A stretch of DNA of 64,000 nucleotides from Acinetobacter phage vB_AbaSt_W16, in sequence record PP174317.1. One strand, written 5' to 3'. Numbering within the stretch: the stretch's first letter is position 1; each line of letters starts with the position of its first letter. Made by a program: the position numbers and the translations under genes. Positions 1-9,230 of the stretch are shown one piece after another. The notes below the pieces were generated by a model, which saw nothing but the letters and a program-made list of their open reading frames with translations, did no database searches and had not been told where the DNA came from.

Positions 1-129
1 CGTCATCAAGAGCTTGTTGACGTTGATATTCTTTTTCAATGCATTTTGTATCCCAATTATAACAACCAGGCACAGCAGCATTTACTGAAGTTAATGTGCA
101 TACACTCAAAATTAAAATAAGATTTTTCA
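1..129 (-). CDS. partial CDS, N-terminus of a secreted protein (start at 129, continues beyond window)
   Basis: reverse complement reads MKNLILILSVCTLTSVNAAVPGCYNW..., a typical signal peptide; ATG at 127-129. Confidence 0.4.
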
Positions 130-423
130 TTAGATTACTCCAATCATACTTGCAATTACAGCAAGTTCACCGGCACCAATGATGAAAACTAAAAACATTA
201 AAAATATAGCAAATGCGATTGATTTTAATGTATTAGCAAGACCAATTGAAATTGCAGAAACAATAAAGGCAATAATTGTGGTAAAACCCATTGTAACAAA
301 TCCAAGTAAATTTAAAATAAGACTTGTTAAAATTATGCCTGTTGACCGCTTATAGTACACTGCCATAACAGTTGGAAAAAATGATAAAAATAACCCAACT
401 AATGCCGCTAAAATAAGACTCAT
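130..423 (-). CDS. small polytopic membrane protein (97 aa), possibly Imm-like by position downstream of gene 43
   Basis: three to four hydrophobic helices; position equivalent to imm in T4; no sequence proof. Confidence 0.45.
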   Translation of the reverse strand: MSLILAALVGLFLSFFPTVMAVYYKRSTGIILTSLILNLLGFVTMGFTTIIAFIVSAISIGLANTLKSIAFAIFLMFLVFIIGAGELAVIASMIGVI

Positions 424-746
424 AATTTTTTCTCCCGAGCATCTACATGGATGATACGGATATTATTTGCGTCAGGATATACTTCCCAACGATAGTTTTC
501 CCAATTTTCAAGAAGTACATTATCAATTTTTGCAACGTCCACATACCCTTGATACGCATCCCAACAAGTTTTATCTTTAATTGGTTCATCGGAACTAAAC
601 ACTGCGATTGAACCATCCTTGTCGATTGCAAGCCATTTTGCATTCTTTGGTATATAAATTGTATGATCAATGCCTTCAGGCGACCATTCAGTTTTTAATC
701 GAAGAATAACTTGAGGCGGAGTATATAGATTTTTAAAAATTGCCAT
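420..746 (-). CDS. hypothetical protein 108 aa
   Basis: ORF overlapping neighbours by 4 nt (translational coupling). Confidence 0.55.
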   Translation of the reverse strand: MAIFKNLYTPPQVILRLKTEWSPEGIDHTIYIPKNAKWLAIDKDGSIAVFSSDEPIKDKTCWDAYQGYVDVAKIDNVLLENWENYRWEVYPDANNIRIIHVDAREKKL

Positions 747-826
747 AATAAAATTCTCAAATTTGTATCTTGAATATAATATTACTAAAAATCCAGGGCT
801 ATGTACATAGCCCTGGATAATTTATT

Positions 827-1138
827 TCAACTTTTTTCTATGAATCGTATTTTATACTCTTCACAAATTTTATCCGCCGTATTAAAAGCTTGCGTTGGAG
901 TAGAACCATCTTTTAATCTACTTAATACGGATGTTAACCATATCGGGCCTAAATCGGGAGGTTCTCGTTTAGGCTTGTTAATAGAATCAAACTCTTTTGC
1001 TCGACGCTTTGCATCATAAACCTGAGCATCCGATACAATCATAGTAGTTCTACATTTTCGACAACGGACTTGCGGAGGATTACTCAACAAGACCGAATTG
1101 TAGTTAAAATCATGAACACATGTTTCTTGATTTGCCAT
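827..1138 (-). CDS. hypothetical Cys-containing protein 103 aa (C..CRKC)
   Basis: ORF immediately downstream of 43B; possible zinc ribbon. Confidence 0.5.
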   Translation of the reverse strand: MANQETCVHDFNYNSVLLSNPPQVRCRKCRTTMIVSDAQVYDAKRRAKEFDSINKPKREPPDLGPIWLTSVLSRLKDGSTPTQAFNTADKICEEYKIRFIEKS

Positions 1139-1140
1139 AA

Positions 1141-2325
1141 TTAGAATCCAAAAATATCTTCAAGCGATGCCCGCTTTTCAAATTTAAGCCCTGCTGCGTC
1201 ACTCATTGCCTCTAGAGGTTTTTTGAATGATTTCGCAAACATTTCTGCCGTATCAATATGACGTAAAACATCATCTCGAATTTCTTTTGGTAAATCATTA
1301 CCAGACGGCCAAGCCATAACTTTTTCACCAAATGGATTACCCTGTTTGAGTGGGATAACCATAACTTTTTCGCCTTCCATAATATCAGGAAGACCTTGGA
1401 ATTTTTTAATTGCTCGTTTATATGCAAGTACACCACGAATATGACCAGGACATTTTAATCCAGGGAATCCTTTATCGTCATATTTTGCAATATTGTTTGC
1501 TGCTGATACTTTAGCAACCACCTTATAATCCAATTTACGGAATTCTGCATCAAATTCCTTATAATATTCTTGTAAAGATGATTCACCTTCTTGTAACATA
1601 CGACGAACAGCTTCATATAATGCATCTTTAACCGCTTTTGGTGTAGATGATTTTTGTGTTTCCAGTCCCATGATTTTTAAATATGGTTCTTTAAAACGCA
1701 CGCCTTCCATGTCGTATACATTTAATGCATAACGTTTCTTCGCGGTCCAGAATGCACCAATACCGTCAGAACCTAATGGTGGGCATGCAATTGCTTCGCG
1801 GTCCATAAACATTAATTGTTCATAATTGTTTAAGTATTCGCACATTTCAGCAAAGCCTGCATTAATAACAGGTTCGATCTTTTTAGATGCAACAGCATCC
1901 AAGAAATCTACAAGTTGTTCAGTTGTTGTAAATCGGTCCAACCCAACCTTTTCAATCAATGGTGATAGTTCAAGATATAATGAATCAGTATCGCCATAAA
2001 TGACATATGCATGATTTGTAGTACCACACATCTCATTCAAATATGTGTTAATCTTTCGTTCGGTCCATTGTAATACAAGTTGACCAAAAATAGTAATAGC
2101 TTCTGCATTTCGAAGATCATAAAAACGGAACCAAATATTACCTAACGCACCATAAAGTGAGTTAATCAATAATTTACGGTTAATCTGATTCGTGTCACAT
2201 AATGTAATATAGTCTTCGCATTGGTCTTCTAACGCAATAAGTTCTTCTTGCGAAAGTGTCTGCAAATATGCAATTTCTTCTTCTGTAAAGTCCCGGCTAA
2301 AGTCAAGAACCATATCATACTCCAA
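1141..2325 (-). CDS. 43B: DNA polymerase gp43, C-terminal cistron (43B; fingers/palm/thumb, 394 aa)
   Basis: contains PolB motif B KLLINSLYGALGN and motif C YGDTDS; near-colinear with T4 gp43 residues ~500-898. Confidence 0.9.
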   Translation of the reverse strand: MEYDMVLDFSRDFTEEEIAYLQTLSQEELIALEDQCEDYITLCDTNQINRKLLINSLYGALGNIWFRFYDLRNAEAITIFGQLVLQWTERKINTYLNEMCGTTNHAYVIYGDTDSLYLELSPLIEKVGLDRFTTTEQLVDFLDAVASKKIEPVINAGFAEMCEYLNNYEQLMFMDREAIACPPLGSDGIGAFWTAKKRYALNVYDMEGVRFKEPYLKIMGLETQKSSTPKAVKDALYEAVRRMLQEGESSLQEYYKEFDAEFRKLDYKVVAKVSAANNIAKYDDKGFPGLKCPGHIRGVLAYKRAIKKFQGLPDIMEGEKVMVIPLKQGNPFGEKVMAWPSGNDLPKEIRDDVLRHIDTAEMFAKSFKKPLEAMSDAAGLKFEKRASLEDIFGF

Positions 2326-2370
2326 TATAAGGGTTTAAATTATTATACAATTAATATAAAAATAAGCGCC

Positions 2371-2610
2371 TTAATCATAATCTCGTGGGTTAATGGTATA
2401 AGTTAAACCAATGTAGCCTACAACTTCATCAGGTAAATCAATGAATAAAATCTTTGCAACTTCAATTAGTTCATTGATTTTTAGTTTAGCAATATTCATG
2501 TCATCAGAATAATCACCACTTGAATAAGTATTAGAATAATCGGCATATGTATAATCATACACGTGCTTTTCTAAACGCTTAATAAAATTATCATGTTGAG
2601 ATTTAGTCAT
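2371..2610 (-). CDS. hypothetical protein 79 aa inside gene-43 insert
   Basis: ORF between internal terminator and 43B. Confidence 0.45.
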   Translation of the reverse strand: MTKSQHDNFIKRLEKHVYDYTYADYSNTYSSGDYSDDMNIAKLKINELIEVAKILFIDLPDEVVGYIGLTYTINPRDYD

Positions 2611-2620
2611 AAGTACCTCA

Positions 2621-2650
2621 AAAATAAAAAGAAGGCTTAGAGCCTTCTTT
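2621..2650 (-). terminator. rho-independent terminator inside the gene-43 insert
   Basis: stem GAAGGCT-tag-AGCCTTC followed (minus strand) by UUUUUAUUUU. Confidence 0.7.
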
Positions 2651-2652
2651 AA

Positions 2653-3033
2653 TTAAATTGATAACATCCTATTATTCAGAACAATGCGAATTACCTTATC
2701 GACGGTTATACTGTTTCTTAGTGATGCATTGGCTGAAATTTTACTTAGGCCTTCATGTGCCAAATAAAATAAAAGTTTATTTGGGTCTGCATCATAATGA
2801 ACAACATGATCTAATTTGGGTTCCCATTTTTCTTTTTTAACAAGATGTACTGTAAAATCCGCTGAAAATGGATTTTTACGTATTTGGTCCATTAAATTAT
2901 TAATAACATCATTTAGAATTGCTTCAAATGTCTTCTCATATTGAGAGATTTGTTTACGAGCTTCGTCGCATATAAATTGATCTAAAGTTGTCATTAAATA
3001 TTCCATATAAAAAGTGGCCAGTAATTTGACCAC
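2653..3033 (-). CDS. hypothetical protein 126 aa inside gene-43 insert
   Basis: ORF followed by strong rho-independent terminator. Confidence 0.5.
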   Translation of the reverse strand: MVKLLATFYMEYLMTTLDQFICDEARKQISQYEKTFEAILNDVINNLMDQIRKNPFSADFTVHLVKKEKWEPKLDHVVHYDADPNKLLFYLAHEGLSKISANASLRNSITVDKVIRIVLNNRMLSI

Positions 3034-3041
3034 TTATATAT

Positions 3042-3242
3042 TTAGAACATTGCGTTTACAGTTTGAGACCCTGCTTCAAATGGGTTTTTAAACATTACGC
3101 AACCACATAAAAATCCGGCCAGATATAATAATGGGATACAAAACAATAATCCAAATAAAACACGCCAAGCCAGAGGTGCTTTTTCGCTAAATCCTTCAGC
3201 ATCTTCCCATGCATTTTTAATTTGAAATAAAATATCAGACAT
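3042..3242 (-). CDS. small membrane protein 66 aa inside gene-43 insert
   Basis: hydrophobic helix LFGLLFCIPLLYLAGFLCGCV. Confidence 0.4.
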   Translation of the reverse strand: MSDILFQIKNAWEDAEGFSEKAPLAWRVLFGLLFCIPLLYLAGFLCGCVMFKNPFEAGSQTVNAMF

Positions 3243-3592
3243 TATATTACTCCTACCAAATAATTTAATATATGTAGTGTCGGTGTAATTCGTAAATCAG
3301 ATTGATATGATTGCATTGCCATAGTATGAACATGTTCAACTGTTGAATTATGTGTACAACGAGCGTTTAATGTTGTTTCAATATTTTTACGAACTTGATC
3401 CACAGTATTAAAATATGTTTTCGGCCTTGGCAAATTTAAGGCTTTTAAAATTGCGGGTTGCCAATTAACAGAGAAGCCTTGTGGCTTCTCTTGAATAATA
3501 AACAAATGTGTTTCTAAACGCTCAAACACTTCATTTGTTTGACTAGATTTCATAACGTTTAACCACCATATCGTAACGAGGATGTTTTGCAC
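3242..3592 (-). CDS. hypothetical protein 116 aa inside gene-43 insert
   Basis: ORF; N-terminus overlaps upstream ORF, true start may be internal Met. Confidence 0.4.
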   Translation of the reverse strand: MQNILVTIWWLNVMKSSQTNEVFERLETHLFIIQEKPQGFSVNWQPAILKALNLPRPKTYFNTVDQVRKNIETTLNARCTHNSTVEHVHTMAMQSYQSDLRITPTLHILNYLVGVI

Positions 3593-3866
3593 GTAATTCT
3601 GATTGAATTTTTACAAAACCATCAAAAATTTCATGTAACAAAGGTACTGTAATTGCTTTATGACTTAATGTTTTAGCCAATTCTAAAATTGCATCGCGAA
3701 TATCTTTACGAACATCATCAGCAAACTGGTTTATAAACATATCATCACAATCTAATAATGCATTACCGTCACGAATTATGCATAAGTATGGATATACATT
3801 AACACTTTGAACTTGTGAGTTATGTGAAATTACGCCAGCATCAAATTCAATAAAATTGGTTTTCAT
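3543..3866 (-). CDS. hypothetical protein 107 aa inside gene-43 insert
   Basis: ORF. Confidence 0.45.
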   Translation of the reverse strand: MKTNFIEFDAGVISHNSQVQSVNVYPYLCIIRDGNALLDCDDMFINQFADDVRKDIRDAILELAKTLSHKAITVPLLHEIFDGFVKIQSELRAKHPRYDMVVKRYEI

Positions 3867-3893
3867 AACATTTTCCTCAAATACTTTAAAAGA

Positions 3894-4166
3894 TTAAGCA
3901 ATAACTAATTTAGTTGCGATTGGCTCAAGTTCATCTGCTAAGGCCGCTAAGTTTAATGTTGTTACATCAACACCAATGTAATTATGGATAATACGTTCCA
4001 TTTGTTGGATTTCATTTAAATTTGATTCGCGAATATATTCGGGTACAACAAATTTAACTGAATCATTTGCAAATAAAACAGATACTTCACCCAAAGTAAT
4101 TTTACCGTCAAGCGAACGTGTTGCGCGAGCATCTACAACTGCTTTACATTGATTTAATACTTTCAT
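3894..4166 (-). CDS. hypothetical protein 90 aa inside gene-43 insert
   Basis: ORF with AAGG Shine-Dalgarno sequence; first ORF after 43A. Confidence 0.45.
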   Translation of the reverse strand: MKVLNQCKAVVDARATRSLDGKITLGEVSVLFANDSVKFVVPEYIRESNLNEIQQMERIIHNYIGVDVTTLNLAALADELEPIATKLVIA

Positions 4167-4227
4167 TTCATTTACCTTGTTTGCTTGATGTGATCATTAT
4201 ATCACATCCTTGTGATAATGGAACCCT

Positions 4228-5736
4228 TTATTTAATTAATTTTTTAATTATTTCTGCATTACGTTCTGCAGTCTTCATTTTCTTCTTCCATTCTTTACGT
4301 TGGAAGAAAACTTTAGCTGTTTCACGTGGAATCACACCTTGTTTGGTCTTATCATACATCATGCCACTCGGTGAACATGAATAACGATCAGAAGGTTTCT
4401 TAGCAATTCGTCCAATATAGTCTGCTAAAGGTGCCGGTGCAAATTGGCCAGCAATTGTTTCTGGGCTAATATTAACTTGTCGAATAATCGATGGGTAAAG
4501 TGATGTTACGTCAAATGATACAACATACTTATATGCCCCAGGTTTTGGTTCTTTAACAAATGCACCTGCATATGGTTGTCGTACATTAGATTTGGTTTCC
4601 GGTAACACCAAATGATCAGGTTTCAATGAGTTAAAAATAATCGCATCCCAGGTTTTTACTGGACTCATTACACCTTGAATATTCATTTTAGCATAATAAC
4701 CCATCGAAATAGATAGATTAATAAATCCACGCTTCATATCAATAGCTTGTACACAGTATACGTCTACAATGTTATATGAAATATAACGCTGATGATTTGT
4801 ACTTCGTAATTTATTAATTGGACCATCATATGCCAATTTATTGATTTTTGCTTCATACTCTGCAATATAATCAAGTTTATATGTAGGCTGAGTAGTAAAT
4901 GAGAACTTTTTATAAAGATCAATATAATCTAAAATTTGAACACCTGAAATACTAAAAATTTCAGCGTCACCATACATATTTGTAATTGTCTTAGATGTAA
5001 TACGACCAAATGGACTCATTTTTTTCATATAAGAAACGCCGAGTACGTTCTTAATACGATTTAATAAGTACGGGATATCAAACCCTTCAATATTCCATCC
5101 TGTGAAAATAACGGGAGGTTTTTCTTCCCAAAGACGAACATATTCTTGCAGCATTTCATGTTCAGTATCAAATGCGAAGTATACAACTTTATCTAAAATA
5201 TGTTGTGGGACTTCATCACCACCTTCAGACTCAGGCAAAGCTGCTTTAATACGATCCCAGGGTTCAACACGCCCATCGCTAGAATTTAATAAATCAAATA
5301 CATAATACTTATCATCTATCGAATCATAATGCGTAATAGCATCAATTTCGTATTTTGCAAATGCAGGCTCAGGGAACTCAGGTGCTGTTACCTCAATGTC
5401 ACAATTGGCAACACGAATCGCTTTGCGGTCATATGTGATATCTGAATTATATGTGTCAGAAATATAGGCTAGTTTAAAATCGTCCATGCCTAAAATTTCA
5501 ACAATACCACGAGTCTTTTGGGCCCATTCTTTTGCTGCACGAATAGATGTAAATTCTTTTGGTAAACACGGTTTACCATAAATGTCTTTATGCTTAGTTA
5601 CAGTACCTTCTTTTGCATGAATAAACAATGTTGGTTCATATGCAACTTCACGACGTTTTTCAATACCATCTTCAATATAACGTTCCTGAATTAAATCACC
5701 GGATTGTTCTACTACTAGATAAAAAGTATTACTCAT
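4228..5736 (-). CDS. 43A: DNA polymerase gp43, N-terminal cistron (43A; 3'-5' exonuclease + N-terminal palm, 502 aa)
   Basis: exo motifs FDIE / YNIVDV-like, DxxSLYPS motif A (FDVTSLYPSII); ends in loop before motif B; GAGGA Shine-Dalgarno sequence. Confidence 0.9.
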   Translation of the reverse strand: MSNTFYLVVEQSGDLIQERYIEDGIEKRREVAYEPTLFIHAKEGTVTKHKDIYGKPCLPKEFTSIRAAKEWAQKTRGIVEILGMDDFKLAYISDTYNSDITYDRKAIRVANCDIEVTAPEFPEPAFAKYEIDAITHYDSIDDKYYVFDLLNSSDGRVEPWDRIKAALPESEGGDEVPQHILDKVVYFAFDTEHEMLQEYVRLWEEKPPVIFTGWNIEGFDIPYLLNRIKNVLGVSYMKKMSPFGRITSKTITNMYGDAEIFSISGVQILDYIDLYKKFSFTTQPTYKLDYIAEYEAKINKLAYDGPINKLRSTNHQRYISYNIVDVYCVQAIDMKRGFINLSISMGYYAKMNIQGVMSPVKTWDAIIFNSLKPDHLVLPETKSNVRQPYAGAFVKEPKPGAYKYVVSFDVTSLYPSIIRQVNISPETIAGQFAPAPLADYIGRIAKKPSDRYSCSPSGMMYDKTKQGVIPRETAKVFFQRKEWKKKMKTAERNAEIIKKLIK

Positions 5737-5772
5737 ATTTTAATCCTCATCAAGATATACTAATTATAAAAT

Positions 5773-5804
5773 AAAAAAGGGGAAAGCAACTTTCCCCTTT
5801 TATT
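5773..5804 (-). terminator. bidirectional rho-independent terminator upstream of 43A
   Basis: GGGGAAAG-caa-CTTTCCCC flanked by A6 and T-run. Confidence 0.7.
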
Positions 5805-6036
5805 ACTTGTCGCCTTGGACAACAGCTGTTTTTGTCATTTCTTCTTGAGGTACAAATCCATTATCTGTTTTTACAAAACACCCGCTAATTAATGAATATT
5901 TTGTGGTACGGCCTGTAATAGATTCATAACTGTTACATTTAATATAGCCACTCACTGTATTGTATGTTAAGCCTACTGCAACAATAACACAGACGATAAT
6001 AACAGAGAATACGAGTTCAATTAAATTATTGCTCAT
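5803..6036 (-). CDS. small membrane protein 77 aa
   Basis: N-terminal TM helix; followed by bidirectional terminator. Confidence 0.45.
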   Translation of the reverse strand: MSNNLIELVFSVIIVCVIVAVGLTYNTVSGYIKCNSYESITGRTTKYSLISGCFVKTDNGFVPQEEMTKTAVVQGDK

Positions 6037-6420
6037 TTATGCACCTACAACATATTTTGATTTAAGAGACCACTCGGCTTTCTGTGCGGCTTTAATAACA
6101 CGGAAATTATTAGTAACTTCAATCTCAGGCGGCGCAAATTCAACCTCAACAAGACCCCATGTTTCAAGTGTCTTAGCAATAGAAACAGTACGTTGAATAT
6201 CTTCATCGCTAATATTAACTACTTTACCATCCAAGCGCATCATATCTTTAAAGTGAACAATATAAAATTTAGGTTCACCTGTCGCAGGGTCTTGTTTTTT
6301 CAAGATATGACATGATTGATATAAAACTTTATCACGTTGATTTGCAATACCCATACGGGTTAAGGTTTCTTTTACTTTCAAAAAGTTTTCAGATTGTACA
6401 AGTTTAATAGGGATCATCAT
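6037..6420 (-). CDS. regA: translational repressor RegA
   Basis: 127 aa; FLKVKETLTRMGIAN..KVLYQSCHIL..YIVHFK..NNFRVI near-identical blocks to T4 RegA; position between 43 and 62. Confidence 0.85.
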   Translation of the reverse strand: MMIPIKLVQSENFLKVKETLTRMGIANQRDKVLYQSCHILKKQDPATGEPKFYIVHFKDMMRLDGKVVNISDEDIQRTVSIAKTLETWGLVEVEFAPPEIEVTNNFRVIKAAQKAEWSLKSKYVVGA

Positions 6421-7004
6421 AGTAGTTTCAACTCTTTAAGTTCTTTGGGATTTTTGGTAATTGACTTTAAAAAGTCTTCTGTTGCTAATGCTTTAGCATC
6501 ACGTAATACTTCAGTTAACTTACCTTTATGCTCAAGTAATTTTCGATAGTCATAAGCCGTATTTGCATTAACTTTATAATATTTCATTAAAAGCTGAATA
6601 ATATATTTGTCTTTAAAACTCTCATCCAGCTTTACAGTTTTGCTAAATCTACGACCTTTTGGAATCAACATTGTCAAATAATTATGATGATGTTGATCAC
6701 TAAGACCTTGTAATACCATATTGGACATATACACAGCAGGCATACATTCAATGTGTCGACTTAACATGTTGTCAATCATAAACTTTGAATAGTCCATATG
6801 CATTACAGACATTTCACGTTTATTTTGATTGATATTATTTAAGATTTTAAACAAATCGGCTTCTGGCTTTTCTTTAAATTCGTCAGCAAGTTTTTTAACT
6901 GCATCCCAATCTTTATTCATCCAAGCAACTTCATGAGGATTAAGTTGAACTTCATCCTCATCAAATAAACAAATCATACTCATTTTATCACTCCAATTAT
7001 ACAC
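6417..7004 (-). CDS. 62: clamp loader small subunit gp62
   Basis: 195 aa (T4 187 aa), synteny between regA and 44, start/stop overlap. Confidence 0.7.
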   Translation of the reverse strand: MYNWSDKMSMICLFDEDEVQLNPHEVAWMNKDWDAVKKLADEFKEKPEADLFKILNNINQNKREMSVMHMDYSKFMIDNMLSRHIECMPAVYMSNMVLQGLSDQHHHNYLTMLIPKGRRFSKTVKLDESFKDKYIIQLLMKYYKVNANTAYDYRKLLEHKGKLTEVLRDAKALATEDFLKSITKNPKELKELKLL

Positions 7005-7036
7005 CGGTCATTATAACATATATGACCGGCAAAGCA

Positions 7037-7996
7037 TTAGTTAAATTGCATTTCTTTAAGTAATTGGATAAACATATACACCAGGTGAATTTCCAAATTT
7101 GCACAAAGCCCTTTCATTTGATTATTTTCACCAATGATTTCATACATTCGTAAAATTGAAACTTTGTTGACACGAGTATATAATTCGTTTGCCAATTTTT
7201 CAATAAAATTTGAATAATCCGGTGCATATTTTGCAGCCAATGCTCTAAGTTGTGCAAAGTCTTTGTTTTGAATTGCTGTAAGAACATCATCAATAGACCC
7301 ACGAGTTTCCATAACAATAGACAGGATACCCGCATCAATTTTGCCATTGGTTGAGTAATGATCTAATGCAACAATTGTTGACCGGAAGTCAGGGAAGTTC
7401 TTTTTAACTAATGCAGCTAATACTTTAGGCTCTTCAACAACAATACCTTCGTTTTTACAAATTTCCATTGAACGTTGAATCATTTCACGCATCATTTGAA
7501 CCGAATCTTCTGCAGTCGGTTGACCAAATTTAATAACGCGCGAACGTGAACGAATAGCTTCAAGAATACCATCAAGATTATTTGCTGTAATAATCAATGA
7601 ACATGATTTGCCATATGATTCCATAAATGAACGCAAGTAACGTTGTGCCTCGCCAAGTTGTGCACGGTCAAACTCATCAAGAATAATAACTTTTTGTTTA
7701 CCTTCTAATGATTTTGATGTTGCAAAACGAGTTAATTCATTTTTAATGAAATCAATACCAACACCAGATCCGTTCACAAACATATATTCAGCATCGACAT
7801 CATTACATAATGCATTTGCAACTGTAGTTTTACCGGTACCGGGAGAATTTGATTGTAATACTAAATGAGGTAAACGTTTTTTCTTAACTAGACCACGAAA
7901 AATTTCTTTATCCGCGGCTGGTAAAATACACTCTTCAATTGAACCTGGACGATATTTAAGTTCAAACATGTGCTCGCGTTCATTAACTGTTAACAT
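7037..7996 (-). CDS. 44: clamp loader large subunit gp44 (AAA+)
   Basis: Walker A SPGTGKTT, Walker B ILDEFD, 319 aa as in T4. Confidence 0.9.
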   Translation of the reverse strand: MLTVNEREHMFELKYRPGSIEECILPAADKEIFRGLVKKKRLPHLVLQSNSPGTGKTTVANALCNDVDAEYMFVNGSGVGIDFIKNELTRFATSKSLEGKQKVIILDEFDRAQLGEAQRYLRSFMESYGKSCSLIITANNLDGILEAIRSRSRVIKFGQPTAEDSVQMMREMIQRSMEICKNEGIVVEEPKVLAALVKKNFPDFRSTIVALDHYSTNGKIDAGILSIVMETRGSIDDVLTAIQNKDFAQLRALAAKYAPDYSNFIEKLANELYTRVNKVSILRMYEIIGENNQMKGLCANLEIHLVYMFIQLLKEMQFN

Positions 7997-8017
7997 ACTA
8001 TTTTACTCCGATCAGGT

Positions 8018-8033
8018 GAGGCCCGAAGGCCTC
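8018..8033 (-). promoter_or_regulatory. GNRA-loop hairpin immediately upstream of gene 44 Shine-Dalgarno sequence (possible translational control / processing site)
   Basis: GAGGCC-cgaa-GGCCTC between genes 45 and 44. Confidence 0.35.
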
Positions 8034-8038
8034 AATTA

Positions 8039-8728
8039 TTAAAAGTTGTGTGATGATTCATCTTCAACTGCGATTACATAATTTGCAGCAGTACCTTCAA
8101 AACGGGCTGCAAATAAATGATCTTTTGCCCATAATTGAACTTTATAAGTATCAGACTGTAATTTTAAATTTGTTAAATTAATCACAAAATTAAAATCACA
8201 TGAACCATCATAGTCCGAAACTTCAAAAGTTGAAAGTGGTTTTTCAAGATTTGGATCAATTGTTTTGTTGAATGCATTAATAACGACCAATCCAGACTTA
8301 TTTGTAATCGCTACTGTATCAGCACCAAGACCACGTGCAATTTTCATAACCTGATTATATTCTTCGGCAGGTAACTCAAATTCAACTTCAGCTGGCGGGA
8401 ATTGAATTGGTTTTTTAGGATACACAATTGCCGATGGGTCACACGATGGCCAAATAATTTCAGAACGTTTACCTTTAATAATAATATCTGCACCTTTAAC
8501 AGACACTTCCGAATCTTCACCAGATAAAGATAAAATACTTAAAAATGCATTTAAATCATAAATAGCAACATCAAAATCAATAGTGTCTTCAGGCTGAAGA
8601 TTTACTTCACCGTATGTTGCACCATTTGCGGCACGAGTCATAATAAATGTGCCAGCTGTTAAGTTAATGCCAGTATTAATAGTTGCAAAGTTTTTAAGAG
8701 TTGCGATTAGACCTTTAGAAAATTTCAT
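8039..8728 (-). CDS. 45: sliding clamp gp45
   Basis: 229 aa (T4 228 aa), synteny. Confidence 0.85.
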   Translation of the reverse strand: MKFSKGLIATLKNFATINTGINLTAGTFIMTRAANGATYGEVNLQPEDTIDFDVAIYDLNAFLSILSLSGEDSEVSVKGADIIIKGKRSEIIWPSCDPSAIVYPKKPIQFPPAEVEFELPAEEYNQVMKIARGLGADTVAITNKSGLVVINAFNKTIDPNLEKPLSTFEVSDYDGSCDFNFVINLTNLKLQSDTYKVQLWAKDHLFAARFEGTAANYVIAVEDESSHNF

Positions 8729-8759
8729 TCATTACACCTTTCAAATCAATTAAGTTAAA

Positions 8760-9230
8760 TTATTTTACATCACGTTGCGCGAAACGCGTAATAAACATTT
8801 GGGCAGCTTGAATTAATAATTCATCTGGATTTTTACAGAATTCATCTGATAAACGTTTAAAACCGCCGACACGAATTTCTTTAGCACCAGCCGCTTCAGC
8901 TTCTTTATTTGCATTTGCTAAAAGTTCAACCCAAATTTCATTAGTCTCCTGGTCAAATGATTTATATAATTGTCGTTTTACATCACCAGGAAAATGTGCA
9001 AATTTGGCTTTTACTTCATCCGGCATTTGCAATGACCATGCTTTTCGAATACGATTATCAGCAGATTGACCTACGGCGTCATTCGTTGTATTTGCTGCGG
9101 TACGTTTAGGTTGCAAGTCATTTACCGTAATTTCTTTAAAGATCATAATAAGATTACCTTGTTTCGTTACATCTATTTTAATATAAAATTTGTGAAGCAT
9201 TTGAAGTTGTTTGGTCGTTAAAATTTTCAA
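8760..9230 (-). CDS. RpbA-like protein (position-based), true start probably internal Met near 9146
   Basis: position after gene 45 as rpbA in T4; 5' end overlaps next ORF. Confidence 0.35.
   Translation of the reverse strand: MKILTTKQLQMLHKFYIKIDVTKQGNLIMIFKEITVNDLQPKRTAANTTNDAVGQSADNRIRKAWSLQMPDEVKAKFAHFPGDVKRQLYKSFDQETNEIWVELLANANKEAEAAGAKEIRVGGFKRLSDEFCKNPDELLIQAAQMFITRFAQRDVK

Noticed and set aside
4118-4384. plus-strand ORFs inside minus-strand genes (e.g. 4118..4384, 5102..5305, 9696..9983, 11461..11676, 21458..21766, 26048..26251, 36717..37024, 38291..38500)
   Set aside because: They are antisense to strongly supported genes, have no RBS and are probably an AT-rich codon artefact.
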